NCBI RefSeq assembly: GCF_006345805.1 | Contig: NC_042997.1 | Span: 204,724,001 to 204,788,000, forward strand | From: Octopus sinensis | Lineage: Eukaryota | Length of the DNA stretch: 64,000 bases | Direction: 5' to 3' | Shown: positions 62,467 to 64,000 of the stretch, in pieces | How positions within the stretch are numbered: position 1 is the first letter of the stretch | How the letters are laid out: every line of letters begins with the position of its first letter | The notes under the pieces: model-generated | Told to the model about the DNA's origin: nothing | The model's input: only the letters and a program-made list of their open reading frames with translations | The model's database searches: none | Program-made: the position numbers and the translations under genes

Positions 62467-63084
62467 CTAGAAGCAAGAAATAAATGCAATCAGATGCAAC
62501 CAAATACAATCCTGTAGTTGTGCAATTATATTGTAATTTACACTATCGATTATTAATTAATAGACAGGCATGAGCAAGACTAAGAAAAACCACTCAAGTG
62601 TGCCATTGTGCTTTTATCAGTTCATCTCCTATGAGATTGTCTTATCTTTTTATGACTTGATTAAAGATATATCTTTATCAAAGCAAAAATAGTAACAGCT
62701 CATTGTATATTTATCAAAATAATTATTTTCTTATTTTTTATTCTTTTATATGTGTTTTATGTATGATTAACTATACATAGGTCCATTACCTATATCAAAA
62801 AAATGAACTGTATCCATTCCATGGCATTCCAAACTATAAAACCTTGTATACAACCAGCTACAGGCAAATAATGAGATGCATTATTATCAGACCAAGTGAA
62901 ACTGAGTTCTGAAAAGTTTCCTGGCAAGACACATCTGCACCAAAGGATACATCACAACCAGTTGTCCAAAATCTTGCATGTGAGAGATGGTCCAAGGTGG
63001 GTTGAAATGAATGTTATGATTATTAAAGTGTCTTGTGAACTCCCTTTTCTCTTTCTCTCATTTGTTTTACATATATATATATAT

Positions 63085-63293
63085 ATATAGTTAATCCAAA
63101 CATGACAACACAAAGAGAAAACACAACAATGTAAGGACGTGGAACAAGTATAGTGTTATTGGACACTCAAGAAAGGAAGGAAAGAAGGAGGATTAAACGT
63201 TTCAAGTGGAGCTTTTCATCAGAAACATAGGAAAAGGAAAGATCCAAAGAAGGGAAGACAGAGGAAAAAAATCGCCAACGATACACACACGGT

Positions 63294-63296
<3 letters not shown>
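63085..63296 (-). mobile_element. (TA)n-embedded element of the 39070-39240 family, with a hammerhead-like core at 63193-63227
   Basis: The minus strand reads cctatgtttCTGATGAaaagctccacttGAAACgttt. The flanking sequence matches the 39070 copy. Confidence 0.6.
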
Positions 63297-63352
<56 letters not shown>

Positions 63353-63550
63353 ATGTATATATATATTATATATGTATGTATCTATGTATATATATATATA
63401 TATATGTATGTAGTATCTATGTATATATATATATATATGTAGTATCTATGTATATATATATATATGTATGTATGTATCTATATATATATAAAATTAATAT
63501 GAACAGTAGTTTGCAATTTTTCACCAAAAAGGAAAATGTCACTAAATATG

Positions 63551-63813
63551 ACTAGGATGTTAGAGAAACATTTACATTGCTAGAAATAAGTGCCAAAATG
63601 CTTTAATGCTGTAGTTAATGCACACGAATAAAAACATATCCACTAACAGGGATCATAATCGTCTGGAAAGTGCTGATTGAGAATTCTTGATACTGATGCG
63701 TCAGTTTCAGTAATTTTCATTACCGTATCAGTTAAACCTGCTTGTGTTAACTACAGCATTAGAGCATTTTAGCTCTTATTTCTAGCAATGTATGTGTTTT
63801 TCTAATACCTTAG
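63551..63813. mobile_element. MITE or fold-back with imperfect inverted arms of about 68 bp
   Basis: acattgctagaaataagtgccaaaatgctttaatgctgtagttaa is mirrored at 63746-63813. Confidence 0.7.
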
Positions 63814-63950
63814 TTGCATATTGGAAGCAGAAATGGCCATAAGAAATGGTATGTCATAGAAATGTTGTCATGTTTTGATGTGGTCCAATTTGTTTGTTGA
63901 TCAAAAGTTTTCTCCATTTTCTGATTATTGAAATTTTACACATATATAAG

Positions 63951-64000
63951 ACGCAGGAGTGGCTGTGTGGTAAGTAGCTTGCTTACCAACCACATGGTTC
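63951..64000 (+). mobile_element. SINE family 2 head, cut by the window end
   Basis: gacgcaggagtggctgtgtggtaagtagcttgc. Confidence 0.8.

Noticed and set aside
63648-63737. 90-nt phase-compatible exon candidate (minus strand)
   Set aside because: It lies in the spacer of a MITE-like inverted repeat and has weak splice sites.

Overview
AT-rich, microsatellite-dense eukaryotic DNA. The SINE and LINE families look like those of Octopus; this is inferred from recalled repeat motifs, not from a search. Most of the window appears to be intron of a minus-strand gene, or two adjacent genes, encoding an unidentified coiled-coil, low-complexity protein. Splice-flanked exons lie at 62335-62466, 58064-58234, 53810-53930, 53491-53594, 25705-25833, 15730-15918, 4657-5006 and 1806-1911, and there is an 879-codon Ser/Asn-rich ORF at 31649-34288. 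The introns hold tRNA-derived SINEs, RTE and R4/Dong-like LINE pieces, Tc1/mariner and hAT relics, Helitron-like elements, MITEs and a Penelope-like GIY-YIG remnant. The most notable signal is a set of Penelope-type minimal hammerhead ribozyme motifs embedded in (TA)n tracts. One is a near-perfect 71-bp inverted repeat with a hammerhead on each strand (40081-40239), and a sister copy has lost both ribozymes (15329-15460). There is no CRISPR array or prokaryotic system. All exon, frame and RNA-structure calls were made by eye, and repeat boundaries are approximate unless termini are quoted.
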